Source: an uncultured Pseudobdellovibrionaceae bacterium (GTDB lineage Bacteria > Bdellovibrionota > Bdellovibrionia > Bdellovibrionales > UBA1609). From it: a stretch of DNA of 64,000 bases. This document shows positions 49,544-59,876 of this stretch, in pieces. Every line of letters starts with the position of its first letter. Position 1 is the first letter of the stretch. The position numbers were made by a program, and so were the translations under genes. The notes under the pieces are model-generated. The model saw nothing but the letters and a program-made list of their open reading frames with translations. It was not told the DNA's origin and did no database searches. The stretch is taken from NCBI GenBank assembly GCA_963803705.1, contig CAWDNU010000001.1:448001-512000 (forward strand), read 5' to 3'.

Positions 49544-51013
49544 ATGAAGTTTTTTGTGAGTTTGTTTTTTTTCTCGATGTTATCTTCACTTTATTTAGTT
49601 AATGAATCGGTAGCAGATATCACATGGGAAGGTCGCTATCGCGCCAACTTAAATTACCTGACAAATGTGGATTTGGGTGACGGCGGTGATAAGGATTACA
49701 TTTTACATCATTTAATTTTAACTCCTAAAATAATTCTAGCCGACGGTTTTGAATTAGTTTCTACAGTCGATATTTTTAATGATGGTGGACATGCGGTACC
49801 TGGTTCCCAGGCTGGTCAGTCTTTCGGCGGACAATCTACAAATGCATCTTCAGTTTATGGTGCTGATGGATCAGTGGCTTTAACCGACAATCAGATTGCG
49901 AAAGTGCGAGATGCCAATGTGCGAGAGCTTTACCTCGTTTACAAACACTCTGGTGGGCGATTAAAACTGGGTCGAGTGCCACTTAATTTTGGACTTGGAA
50001 TAAATTTGAATGACGGTAATGGCCTTTTCGATCATTATTTCGATAACAGAGACATGATTTCTTATGAAGTTTACATGGGCAATATTAAGATTCAGCCTTA
50101 CCTTGCTCGCATCACAGATGGGTTTAACACCTCTACGGACGAAGCTGCTAATGAATTTGGTTTTATTGTTGATTGGGAACGGCCAGAATCCAACGTGCGC
50201 TTGGGTGTTATGGCTCTGAACCGACATGTGCCAGGTGATTTAAATAGTGGGGATCAAGATCTTGCAACTTCTGGTGCTGCTAATTACCAAAAATATGGTT
50301 TGTTCGTTGAGCGAGTAGCTAATAAAGATTCCAATATGAGGTATGCCTTAGAGTTAGGATTAAACTCTGGCAAATTGGGTTTAAATTCTAGCGGTGAAGA
50401 GATTAATTATGATGGATATGGCTTAGCCTTTGAAATGGACTATCTAACTCCTTGGAAAGGTTTAAAAGTTGGCTTGAAATCTGGCTATGCTAGTGGTGCT
50501 GATGCGTCTAGAGACGATAGCTTTTCGGGGTTTGCTTTCGACAGAAACTACAACGTTGGAATGATTTTATTCAATCACCCTTTAGGTAACAAAGACCTAG
50601 ACTTATTTTCAACCACCGCTTTTGGTCGTCAGGGTGCAAACGCCGGTGCTGGTTTTGAAACTAATCGAACTATAGACTCAGAAAGCATATCGAACACCCT
50701 TTATCTTTCTCCTTATGTTTCTTATGATTTTAGTCCTAAATGGAATTTTACGACTTCAGTGTTATGGGCGCAGTTAGAAAATTCATCTGTGAATTCACCA
50801 TTTTTTGCTTTGCCGACAACCAATCTTGATGTCAGTCGTGATCTTGGATTCGAGCTTGATGTTTCTATAACTTTCAAACCTTTCGAGCTTCTTACATGGG
50901 AGACTCAGATTGGAGCTTTCTTTCCAGGCTCAGCTTTTGAAGGTGGTTCTGAAAGCTTTGACACCAAAACTGTATTTGGTGGCGTTTCTCGACTATCATT
51001 AAGTTTTAATTAG
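49544..51013 (+). CDS. Outer-membrane beta-barrel/porin-like protein
   Basis: Signal peptide; GRVPLNFGLGI..NDG; DLGFELD; terminal LSLSFN strand. Confidence 0.75.
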   Translation: MKFFVSLFFFSMLSSLYLVNESVADITWEGRYRANLNYLTNVDLGDGGDKDYILHHLILTPKIILADGFELVSTVDIFNDGGHAVPGSQAGQSFGGQSTNASSVYGADGSVALTDNQIAKVRDANVRELYLVYKHSGGRLKLGRVPLNFGLGINLNDGNGLFDHYFDNRDMISYEVYMGNIKIQPYLARITDGFNTSTDEAANEFGFIVDWERPESNVRLGVMALNRHVPGDLNSGDQDLATSGAANYQKYGLFVERVANKDSNMRYALELGLNSGKLGLNSSGEEINYDGYGLAFEMDYLTPWKGLKVGLKSGYASGADASRDDSFSGFAFDRNYNVGMILFNHPLGNKDLDLFSTTAFGRQGANAGAGFETNRTIDSESISNTLYLSPYVSYDFSPKWNFTTSVLWAQLENSSVNSPFFALPTTNLDVSRDLGFELDVSITFKPFELLTWETQIGAFFPGSAFEGGSESFDTKTVFGGVSRLSLSFN

Positions 51014-51019
51014 AAAAGG

Positions 51020-51143
51020 GTGCGTAAGCCTGACTAGCCCACACCGCAAGGTGGAAAAGCGCCAGCGAAGCGCGCTAGACAGCAAGCCCACCGCAGGTGC
51101 GGATGTGAAACTCGACGGTTGCCCCACCGCAGGTGCGTAGTCC
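51020..51143 (+). repeat. GC-rich structured intergenic element: family 2 copy B plus three CACC-GCA(A)-GGTG mini-hairpins
   Basis: Family motif 51054-51122; hairpins at 51042-51053, 51089-51099 and 51125-51135. Confidence 0.8.
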
Positions 51144-51144
51144 T

Positions 51145-52686
51145 TTAGTTTCTTCTAGGTCTTCTAGTATGGTTTGGTTCAAAGCCTTGCAAGTTAAGAC
51201 CTTGCGGTCGTTCTCCAATTCCAGATCCCCAGGCAATTCCAGCCGATGAAGGCGCGGTGCGAAGGTTTCCACCTAATACCTGCCCCGTTCCTAAGGGATC
51301 GCGGTACGGCTGACTTGCCATCGGATTATTGTCTAAACTATTGTTGTTTGCGCCACCTAAAAAAGCATTATCGCTAAATCTTGGAGTGTATCCATTCAGT
51401 GGGTTTGGGTTTGAAACGCTTGGAGTCACGGTGGTTGAAGACTGGGTGAGCATATTGGACTGTTCTCCGGAAAGAAGTTTGCTGGCTTCAGTGGCCCAGA
51501 ACTCAGTTGCCTGATCGATGCTTGTATTGAGCTGTTGTAAGCCCGTGGCATCTTGTGAAAGCGCTGGATCTTTAGCTGCCGTGTCCTTACTTTGAGCGTT
51601 GATATTTCCAAGCTGCTGCACCAAGTCCGTTCGAGCTTGTGATAATTGTGTCTGTAAGGTGGTGTCAGCCGGATTCAATGCCAGGCTCTTTTCCAAATTT
51701 TGTATTCTAGGTATTAAAGTGTTTATAACAAGTGCTGACTGTCCATGAGTTTGCGCTGAGTAATAAAATCCATTTTTATTTTCAGTGATTTGATCCCCAG
51801 TACTTGATTGGACGTAATACTCATTAGCAATCTGCTGAACATCCTGGGTCGGCTCTTCAATATTCTCTAATAGGCTATCTTGATATTTACCCGCAATATG
51901 CTTTTCAAAATAGGCTTTTTTTTCTGCGTCGGTCTCTTCGGCATTCATTTTTCTTAAATGACATTCAGCAATTTGTTTTAAATCCTCTGGATTTTTTTCA
52001 TCTAAAAAAATTGAATTTGTTGGTTCTGTAGATTCGTCATCTAGGTCAATATCGATTTTAGCTATGTCGATATCTAGCAAATCATACTTGGAGCTGCTTG
52101 CACTAGAAGATGAAGTAGTTTCAAAATCTACCAGTAAGCCTAGGTCGATTAAATGAACTGCAAATTCATAGTAAGCCATTCTATAGGCTTGGTTATTACC
52201 TTCAGTGTCATCTGCCCTTACATCACTTCTTTTGTCCTTTAAATTTTTATATAAATCAGATGTTCGTTCCTTGTCTTCAGTTCTAACTTCACACTGGGTT
52301 AGTTTCAGCTTATAAGATCTTATAGCCTCTTGTATGCTTTTTTCAGGCGGTAGGTTCTCAGGAATTAAAGCTGTATAATCGACCTCGTCTAGATCTTCGT
52401 TAGAATTAGTTGTAGGTCGTTTGGTGATTCGAACCATTGAAGTACTCTCGTCACTGTCATAATCTTCTTCAATTGAAAGCTCTTCAGTTTCATTGATCAG
52501 CTCTCTCATTCCTAGTGGTAGACTGCTGTAACTTTGTCCAGCTTCGCTGTCTTGAGCAAGTTTTCTGTTCACGTTGTTTTTAATATCTTGGTTCAAAAAG
52601 AATGAAACTTGAAACACAGCTACAAATAAAATAAGTGCTATTTTGAGCAATGTCTTTAGGTTATCAAACAGCTTGATCTTTTTCAT
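51145..52686 (-). CDS. Exported or membrane-anchored acidic hypothetical protein
   Basis: N-terminal hydrophobic segment; acidic, helical body; low-complexity C-terminus; start after GGGGGA RBS. Confidence 0.75.
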   Translation of the reverse strand: MKKIKLFDNLKTLLKIALILFVAVFQVSFFLNQDIKNNVNRKLAQDSEAGQSYSSLPLGMRELINETEELSIEEDYDSDESTSMVRITKRPTTNSNEDLDEVDYTALIPENLPPEKSIQEAIRSYKLKLTQCEVRTEDKERTSDLYKNLKDKRSDVRADDTEGNNQAYRMAYYEFAVHLIDLGLLVDFETTSSSSASSSKYDLLDIDIAKIDIDLDDESTEPTNSIFLDEKNPEDLKQIAECHLRKMNAEETDAEKKAYFEKHIAGKYQDSLLENIEEPTQDVQQIANEYYVQSSTGDQITENKNGFYYSAQTHGQSALVINTLIPRIQNLEKSLALNPADTTLQTQLSQARTDLVQQLGNINAQSKDTAAKDPALSQDATGLQQLNTSIDQATEFWATEASKLLSGEQSNMLTQSSTTVTPSVSNPNPLNGYTPRFSDNAFLGGANNNSLDNNPMASQPYRDPLGTGQVLGGNLRTAPSSAGIAWGSGIGERPQGLNLQGFEPNHTRRPRRN

Positions 52687-52723
52687 ACAGGTCCCCCAGA
52701 AATTAATTAGCATTGAATTTACA

Positions 52724-52885
52724 TTACAAAAACTCTGCCAACTCTTTGGTCATTTAAAACGAATTAGCAACATTGTACTGTCAACGGACTAGACAGCTGC
52801 AAAGACACTATTTTTCATTAGGGGGGGTATAAAGTTGAAAAATTTCAGGATTCATCGGGTCTAGGTGTATAAAGTGGTATAATTG
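52724..52885 (-). promoter_or_regulatory. Shared upstream module, copy 2
   Basis: TGGCAGAGTTTTTGTAA (minus 52740-52724); ACTGTCAACGGACTAGACAG 52777-52796; block 52828-52885. Confidence 0.65.
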
Positions 52886-53047
52886 AACCATATTGATACA
52901 GGGGAACTAACACCGATATGTAAAAGCACTATTAAAACCTAGATGAATCTTCCACAGGCCCTAGTAGACACTGAATTATTGAGCCACAGGCTAGATTAAC
53001 AAAGTTTTAAAATTGCCAAAACTTTGCAAGTCTCATAAGACTGCATT

Positions 53048-54244
53048 ATGCCATTTAACTTTCCAAAAATTAGTCTTAATTCAGGTGTAGATCCTAGTGA
53101 CTGGCTGAACTGGACTTGGCAGCTTAAAAACACCATCAAAACTAAAGAACAGCTTGAAAGTGTGATCGAACTTTTGCCCCATGAGATAGACTTTTTTAAA
53201 TCTCACAAAGTTTCTGATTTTAAATTTCAAGTGACGCCTTATAGTTTACAGGTCTTAAAGCAGCTAGATGGCACTCGCAGTTTAAGAAAGATACTATTAG
53301 GGGATTTCTCTGAGTACTCAGTACAAAAACAAGCTCAGTTAGATCCGTTAAACGAAAAGAGCAATAATCCAGTCCCAAGAGTCATTCATAGGTACTCTGA
53401 CAGAGCTCTTTTTTTAGTTACAGATTATTGTAGTGTTTATTGTAGGTATTGTACTAGAAAATATTTTACGGCTAAGGATCAAGTCTTTCCCTCTAGGTCA
53501 GAGTACGATCAAGCTATAAATTATTTTAAATCCCACCCTGGAATCAAAGAAGTTATACTTTCAGGTGGGGACCCACTAACTTTGTCAGACTCTAGGTTGA
53601 TAAAAGTTATTTCGGACTTGCGGTCCATACCACATGTAGAAATCATTAGGATAGGCACTCGAATACCTGTAGTTCTGCCCATGAGGGTCACCGAAAAACT
53701 CGTTCAGCAGCTAAAGGGTTTTCATCCCATCTATATAATGACTCATTTTAATCACCCGGATGAATTGACTAAGGAAGCTGCAAGTTCCTTAAGTCTATTT
53801 GTAGATAATGGTTTTCCAGTGTTTAACCAGATGGTTTTTCTAAATGGGGTAAATAACGACGCTGCTTTAGTGCAAGCTCTAAACAGAAGGCTATTATACC
53901 TAAGGGTTAAGCCCTACTATATGTTTCAGTGCGATCCGTCTCATGGAACCGATCATCTGCGTACATCTGTTCAGGATTCCTTAGAAATTCAAAAACAGCT
54001 GTGGGGACACATGTCAGGCCTTTCTATGCCAAATCTTTCAGTGGATATACCTAGCGGGGGTGGCAAGGCTAACTTAGTTCCCAACTTCATAAAAGAAACG
54101 TGTAGATCGAGTTTTTTATTTGAAGGTTGGGACGGCGTCAAAGAAAAGTATATTAATCCCGATCCAATTCATTCGAAAAAGCCCTTAGTGAATCCAGCAT
54201 ACCTACAAGAATGGAACGAAATAAAAAACTCCAAGTCGGTTTAG
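53048..54244 (+). CDS. kamA: KamA family radical SAM protein (lysine 2,3-aminomutase-like)
   Basis: WTWQLKN, HRYSDR, CSVYCRYCTRK, SGGDPL, HFNHPDE, GGGK. Confidence 0.88.
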   Translation: MPFNFPKISLNSGVDPSDWLNWTWQLKNTIKTKEQLESVIELLPHEIDFFKSHKVSDFKFQVTPYSLQVLKQLDGTRSLRKILLGDFSEYSVQKQAQLDPLNEKSNNPVPRVIHRYSDRALFLVTDYCSVYCRYCTRKYFTAKDQVFPSRSEYDQAINYFKSHPGIKEVILSGGDPLTLSDSRLIKVISDLRSIPHVEIIRIGTRIPVVLPMRVTEKLVQQLKGFHPIYIMTHFNHPDELTKEAASSLSLFVDNGFPVFNQMVFLNGVNNDAALVQALNRRLLYLRVKPYYMFQCDPSHGTDHLRTSVQDSLEIQKQLWGHMSGLSMPNLSVDIPSGGGKANLVPNFIKETCRSSFLFEGWDGVKEKYINPDPIHSKKPLVNPAYLQEWNEIKNSKSV

Positions 54245-54400
54245 GTGCCAGAACAAACATTATTTAGCGCAAAAGCACATGATTTGTTTTTTGTTTTTTA
54301 AGCCGCTTAGATTATAAGATGGCGTTCGCAAAAGCCCAGCTACGCTTTCAAAAAAAATTAAAAAAAAATTGGAATAGCTTTTACCAAATTCAAAAATCAC

Positions 54401-56248
54401 TTACTGTCTTTTTTTAGGTTTCAAGATTATTTTTTTAGTTTCATTGCTCTTTAAAACGATAATCTTCTGATCGTATTTTCTTGTTATCTTATTGACTGCT
54501 TTTATCCGTATTTTCCTATCGGCAGGAAATTTGTAACCAACTATGGGCAAGCGATCAATAAGTTGAACTCCGTTTATATACACAATCGAATCTCTTGGTT
54601 GGACATCAATATCTAGGTAACCAACGCGAACTTTTGTAAGAGTCCCTTTAAAGTCTGAACTAGGATAGTTGGCCTGAATACGTCTTTGGTAGTCGATATA
54701 ATCCTGCTTCTTTAGTCCAAGCACAAAATCTTTGTCAGAAGGAATTTTTATTCGAGCTGGTGTAAGCTTGCCGCTACCTATTCCATTGATTATGACTTCC
54801 GCACCTTGCGGCGAGCTATTTACGGTAATATATTTTTCATTAATTCGATCATACAAGTTCTCTGGTAACTTCTCGTTCATAGAAGCCAGATCTTTTTCAC
54901 TTGTGCCACCTGGAAAAACTTGAGAAGCAATCAAAGCAAATCCAGCTGCTACTAAGAACATTATGATGTATTTGCTGTAATTTTGGAAATTTACAGAGTT
55001 ACTTCTGCGCATTTGGTGCTGGTAATTTCTACCTTGCGCAGAACGCCGATCACTTTGATTATTATTTCTTGTCTTAGGACGCTCTTTACTTACAGTAATG
55101 CTTTTTATATCAAACTGCGATTTATGGCTTGGTTCCAGGTCATCAAAAAAAGTGTTCTTTCCAGAACTATTTCCGAAGCTTGGCAACTCGTCGATGTCGA
55201 TGTCAGTTTTGGTTACTCCTACTACAGTCTTATCATCAGAATAACTGGCAGAGCTATTCGGCTGAAACTTTATATTTGAATACTCGATTAGTTTTTTTCG
55301 ATTCTGTAAAATTTCATCAGCGTACAAAGATTTTATAAAGATTGAAAAATCTTGAGATGAAAACTCTGGATACTCAATATTCAAAAATTTGTTTAAATCT
55401 TTTTGGAACTCAGCGCAGGTTTGATAACGATCTGTTGTGGATTTTGACAACGATTTGTTAACTATTTGCTCAAGCTCTTCAGGCACATTAGGATTCAATT
55501 TTCTAACTGAAGGAATTTTACCTTCTTTGATCTTTTTTAGAGTTCCAATTTCGCTTTCAGCCACGAACAGTCGCTCTTTTGCCAAGAGTTCCCATAGAAC
55601 AATCCCAAGCGAAAATATATCAGTTCTTAAATCTATTGTTTCACCAGTTGCTTGCTCCGGGGACATATACGCAAATTTGCCTTTTAATGTTCCGGCTTTA
55701 GTTGCCTCGCCTTGGCTTTCAGCTTTCGCAATGCCAAAATCAACAACCTTAACTTCACCTTCGAAGCTAACCATCACATTTTGAGGGCTCATATCCCTAT
55801 GGATAATATTTAGCGGCTTACCGGTAGTGCCGTCTAAGCACCTATGAGCATGGTCCAGACCAGAGGCCACATCTTTAACAATGTTGACGATCTGATCAAT
55901 AGAAAAGTAAACGTCAGATTCTTTTTGCATTCTTGTAAGAATCTGCCTTAAGTTTTTACCGTTTACATATTCCATAAGAATGTAGAACTGACCGCTTTCT
56001 ACCCCAAACTCATAAATTGGAACAATATTACTATGGGAAAGATTTACGTTAATTTTTGCTTCGTCCTTAAACATGCTGATAAAATCAGTGTTCGCAGAAT
56101 ACTGAGGTAAAATCCTTTTTATCGCGCTGAACTTTGAAATTCCACCAGCACCTGAACTTTTAGCCAAGAAAATCTCAGCCATACCACCCATAGCGATTCT
56201 TTCTAAAAGAATATGTTTTCCAAAGATTTCAAAATCTTTCTTAGCCAA
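54401..56248 (-). CDS. Membrane Ser/Thr protein kinase with PEGA domain
   Basis: GGMAEIF, AIKR, HRDMSPQN, DFG, YMSPEQ; TM helix; VNSSPQGAEVIING. Confidence 0.93.
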   Translation of the reverse strand: MAKKDFEIFGKHILLERIAMGGMAEIFLAKSSGAGGISKFSAIKRILPQYSANTDFISMFKDEAKINVNLSHSNIVPIYEFGVESGQFYILMEYVNGKNLRQILTRMQKESDVYFSIDQIVNIVKDVASGLDHAHRCLDGTTGKPLNIIHRDMSPQNVMVSFEGEVKVVDFGIAKAESQGEATKAGTLKGKFAYMSPEQATGETIDLRTDIFSLGIVLWELLAKERLFVAESEIGTLKKIKEGKIPSVRKLNPNVPEELEQIVNKSLSKSTTDRYQTCAEFQKDLNKFLNIEYPEFSSQDFSIFIKSLYADEILQNRKKLIEYSNIKFQPNSSASYSDDKTVVGVTKTDIDIDELPSFGNSSGKNTFFDDLEPSHKSQFDIKSITVSKERPKTRNNNQSDRRSAQGRNYQHQMRRSNSVNFQNYSKYIIMFLVAAGFALIASQVFPGGTSEKDLASMNEKLPENLYDRINEKYITVNSSPQGAEVIINGIGSGKLTPARIKIPSDKDFVLGLKKQDYIDYQRRIQANYPSSDFKGTLTKVRVGYLDIDVQPRDSIVYINGVQLIDRLPIVGYKFPADRKIRIKAVNKITRKYDQKIIVLKSNETKKIILKPKKRQ

Positions 56249-56340
56249 TTGGGTACTCCTTCTGCATTAAGTTTTTCGGCGCCAAGGCCCATTGTCTTAA
56301 CTGGACTTTAGATTAGCTATGGGGATATCCTAAGTAATAT

Positions 56341-56955
56341 ATGAAGTGGATCGGACTAACAGGTTGCATGGGGTGTGGTAAATCTACCGTAGCTAGACTA
56401 CTAAAAGACGAGCATCAACTTGATGTTATTTCAGCTGATGATACGGCTATCTTTTTGCTAAAAGCTGATAAAGACCTTCAGGCCTTCATTTCAGATAAAC
56501 TTGGTATCGATGCACCTTTAGAAGAACCTGAAGCCTGGGCTGATCAAGATTTTAGTAGATATCGTTCTGAAATCTCGGCAAAAGTTTTTAGCAGTTCGAA
56601 GCTACTCAAAGAGTATGAAAGTTTTTTTCATCCAAGGATTAAAAACAAGGTAAAGCAGTTGAAGCTTGATCTAAGTAAAAATAGTTTAAATATATTCTAT
56701 GATGTTCCTTTGTTATTTGAGAAAAATATGCAATCAGATTTTGATTATGTGCTTGGGGTTTTTGCTGAAGAAGGCATCCAGTATGAGCGGATAAAGGAAA
56801 GAAATGGTTGGACAAGGGATCAGGTAAAAAGTCGTTTAAAGTACCAAATTTCTAATTCTGAAAAAATAAAAAAATGTGATTATGTTATATATAACAACCA
56901 GAGTTTAGAAAAGCTTAAGGATGAAGTGAAAAAGTTTGTTAAAGTACTGACCTAA
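56341..56955 (+). CDS. coaE: Dephospho-CoA kinase
   Basis: GLTGCMGCGKST, HPRI, DVPLLFE. Confidence 0.92.
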   Translation: MKWIGLTGCMGCGKSTVARLLKDEHQLDVISADDTAIFLLKADKDLQAFISDKLGIDAPLEEPEAWADQDFSRYRSEISAKVFSSSKLLKEYESFFHPRIKNKVKQLKLDLSKNSLNIFYDVPLLFEKNMQSDFDYVLGVFAEEGIQYERIKERNGWTRDQVKSRLKYQISNSEKIKKCDYVIYNNQSLEKLKDEVKKFVKVLT

Positions 56956-57071
56956 TTTTGAGTAAGGTTTAGTTATAAAATTAGCCCTTTCTTAAACTTT
57001 TGCGAAGGTTTTCAAAAGCTTATTTAGTTCACTTCCACAGGCCCTAGCTTTGAACGACAAATTTACTCAGG

Positions 57072-57818
57072 TTACCAAGGTAAGTGTGAATGGTCGTAAC
57101 TTAGAAAAGAGCCTTGATCAGAATCTTTTAAATTTTCAAATACATTTAGCAAATTTTTAGCTGTTTCATCCGGACTATGAATTTTATATTTCTTAGAAGC
57201 TAAGGATTTAAAGGGTTCTGAAAGCCTAGTATCTGTTGTGCCTGGATGTATAGCCACCACATATTTTTTGGGTCCTAAGCGCTTAAATTCTAAGCTTAAG
57301 TTTTGTATGAACATGTTTAAAGCTGTCTTTGAGGCTCGATAAGAGTACCAGCCCCCCAGAGAGTTATCAGTTATGCTGCCAACTTTTGCGGAAATTGCAG
57401 CAAAAACGGCGTACTCTTTATGTCTAAAAAAATCCTTTAAATACTTTGCGAACATGATAGTGGGAAAACTGTTCACCAAAAAGCTTTGTTTCAAATTTTC
57501 TAATTCAATATCTTCGACTTTTTTTTCGGCTTTAAGGCCGTCGATCTCTAGGGCGCCTATACAGTTAATAAACCTGTGGACTTCAGTTACATCGTTAGCA
57601 GCCAATTGATCCTGCAATGATTTGTAGCCTGACTCTTTATCGATATCGACTTCAACCCAATTGACCTTATCACCAAATTCAGTGGATAGAGTCTTCATAT
57701 CATTATTCACCGAATTCCTGTAAGTTCCATAGATGGTGACAGATTTATCCTTCAATAAATAATTTCTACATAAGGCTAGCCCTATACCTTGACTTGCTCC
57801 AGCGATAACTACGTTCAT
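57072..57818 (-). CDS. Short-chain dehydrogenase, C-factor/CsgA-like
   Basis: GASQGIG, SAKVGSITDNSLGGWYSYRASK, HPGTTDT. Confidence 0.92.
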   Translation of the reverse strand: MNVVIAGASQGIGLALCRNYLLKDKSVTIYGTYRNSVNNDMKTLSTEFGDKVNWVEVDIDKESGYKSLQDQLAANDVTEVHRFINCIGALEIDGLKAEKKVEDIELENLKQSFLVNSFPTIMFAKYLKDFFRHKEYAVFAAISAKVGSITDNSLGGWYSYRASKTALNMFIQNLSLEFKRLGPKKYVVAIHPGTTDTRLSEPFKSLASKKYKIHSPDETAKNLLNVFENLKDSDQGSFLSYDHSHLPW

Positions 57819-57948
57819 TTTAACTCCTAAAAATGGATGATGCGATTGGCAATTTTAAATTTATCCAGAACTTCAATATACATTCAATACCAACTGACTG
57901 AAACTAAATTGGTTAAATCAATTAGTAAATCATTCAGGAGGACAGATT

Positions 57949-59865
57949 ATGATTCGTAATTTCAATACTAGTCTAAGTGTTTTTATATCAGCGCTCTCAG
58001 CTATGCTTATTTTTAGCTTTGGGTGTTCGACATCGTCGAAGTTAGCAGAAGGTGAAATTCCTTTGAAAAGTTTTTTTAAAAATCCAATTGCAGCTCAATT
58101 TCGTTTAAGTCCAAATGGTAAAAAAATTGCAGTTCTCAGGCCTTACAAAAACAGAATGAACATTTTTGTGTCTGAATTTGGAAAAAAAGACTGGAAACCA
58201 GTTACAAAGTTTGCTGATCGTGGGGTCAATATCCTTGGCTGGAAAGGCGAAGATGTAATTCTTTTTTCTAAGGATGCTGGTGGAGACGAAAACTTTCATG
58301 TGTTTTCAGCAAATTTAATCACTGGAGAACTAAAAGATTTAACGCCTAACGATAAGGAGAGAGCTTCAGTCGTTCATGATTTAGAAGATATCTCTGAAAC
58401 TAAAATTTACGTGGCGTCCAATCGAAGAGATAAAACAGTCTTCGATATTTATGAAGTCGACGTCTATAGCGGAAAGTCCAAAATGATTTTAGAAAACCCG
58501 GGAAACTACCTGGGTTGGGTGCTAGATCATAAAGCCGAAGTAAGAATCGCAGTATCCACTGACGGTGTCGATAAAACTTTTTACTACAGAAACACAAATG
58601 ATGATAAGTTTAAAAAAGTTAAGACTTACAATTTTAAGCAAGAAATGGCGCCTATTGAGTTTGACAAAGATAACAAATATGTTTTCGCAATAACTAATAT
58701 AGGGACGGATAAATCCCAACTTGTAAAAATGGACCCAAAGAATTTTAAAACAGTAGAAAAAATTTATTCAAATAAAGATTACGATGTTAGTGGAGCAAGT
58801 TACTCTGAAAAGTATAACGAGTTGATTTCTGCGGAGTACACAGACTGGAAATTTCAAAAAAAAGTTTTTAGTGACTACTATAAAAGAATTTTTAATGACT
58901 TAGAAAAAAAGATACCAAACAAAGAAATTTATTTGACCTCTTCGAATAAGGATGAGGATCTATTTACTGTCTATGCAGGAAGCGATCGAAGTCGTGGATT
59001 GTATTACACCTATAGTGCAAAAGATCAAAAGTTAGATTTTTTATTGAACCCAAGCCCTTGGTTAAAAGAAGAGCTATTGGCAGAAATGAAACCTATTAAA
59101 TACACCTCAAGAGACGGTCTAACAATTGAAGGTTATTTAACTATACCTACAGGGAAAGGTTCAGCCAAGGGATTACCTACGGTTGTGAATCCTCATGGTG
59201 GTCCATGGGCAAGGGACGTCTGGGGCTACAATGCTGAGGTCCAATTTTTAGCTAATCGAGGCTATGCTGTTTTACAAATGAATTTTCGTGGCTCGACTGG
59301 CTACGGTCGGAAGTTTTGGGAATCCTCATTTAAGAAGTGGGGCCAAACAATGCAAGACGATATTACTGATGGCGTGAAATGGGCCATCAAAGAAGGTGTG
59401 GCAGACGAAAAGAATATATGCATTTACGGAGGAAGTTATGGTGGATACGCCACCTTAGCAGGAGTCGTCTATACCCCTGACCTTTACAAATGTGGGGTAG
59501 ATTACGTCGGGGTATCAAATTTATTTACTTTCCAAGAGACAATCCCTGCATATTGGAAGCCTATGAAAAAAATGATTGAAGAGATGGTTGGCGATCCTGT
59601 TAAAGATAAAAAAATGCTAACAGAGTTTTCACCCGTGTTTCATGCCGACAAAATTAAAGCTGCATTGTTTGTAGCTCAAGGTGCAAATGACCCAAGAGTT
59701 AAAAAAGCTGAATCTGACCAAATTGTGAAAGCACTAAAAGATAAGGGTATTGATGTTCCGTATATGGTAAAAGACGATGAAGGCCATGGTTTTCATAATG
59801 AGGAAAACCGTTTTGATTTTTATGGTAAAATGGAAGCATTTCTAAGCAAACACATCAAAGAGTAA
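57949..59865 (+). CDS. S9 family peptidase (lipoprotein)
   Basis: HGGPW, GGSYGGY, DPRV, EGHGF. Confidence 0.93.
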   Translation: MIRNFNTSLSVFISALSAMLIFSFGCSTSSKLAEGEIPLKSFFKNPIAAQFRLSPNGKKIAVLRPYKNRMNIFVSEFGKKDWKPVTKFADRGVNILGWKGEDVILFSKDAGGDENFHVFSANLITGELKDLTPNDKERASVVHDLEDISETKIYVASNRRDKTVFDIYEVDVYSGKSKMILENPGNYLGWVLDHKAEVRIAVSTDGVDKTFYYRNTNDDKFKKVKTYNFKQEMAPIEFDKDNKYVFAITNIGTDKSQLVKMDPKNFKTVEKIYSNKDYDVSGASYSEKYNELISAEYTDWKFQKKVFSDYYKRIFNDLEKKIPNKEIYLTSSNKDEDLFTVYAGSDRSRGLYYTYSAKDQKLDFLLNPSPWLKEELLAEMKPIKYTSRDGLTIEGYLTIPTGKGSAKGLPTVVNPHGGPWARDVWGYNAEVQFLANRGYAVLQMNFRGSTGYGRKFWESSFKKWGQTMQDDITDGVKWAIKEGVADEKNICIYGGSYGGYATLAGVVYTPDLYKCGVDYVGVSNLFTFQETIPAYWKPMKKMIEEMVGDPVKDKKMLTEFSPVFHADKIKAALFVAQGANDPRVKKAESDQIVKALKDKGIDVPYMVKDDEGHGFHNEENRFDFYGKMEAFLSKHIKE

Positions 59866-59876
59866 TCAGGTTAAAT

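Noticed and set aside
51026..51070. Possible hammerhead ribozyme (CTGACTAG...GAAA)
   Set aside because: Core does not match the required CUGANGA, and flanking stems are not evident
51075..51272. 65 aa minus-strand ORF
   Set aside because: Alternate frame of the 3' end of a real gene, running into the repeat element
54328..54349. AAAAGCCCAGCTACGCT as a fourth family 2 copy
   Set aside because: Only weak similarity to the first block; TAGACAGC and later blocks are absent
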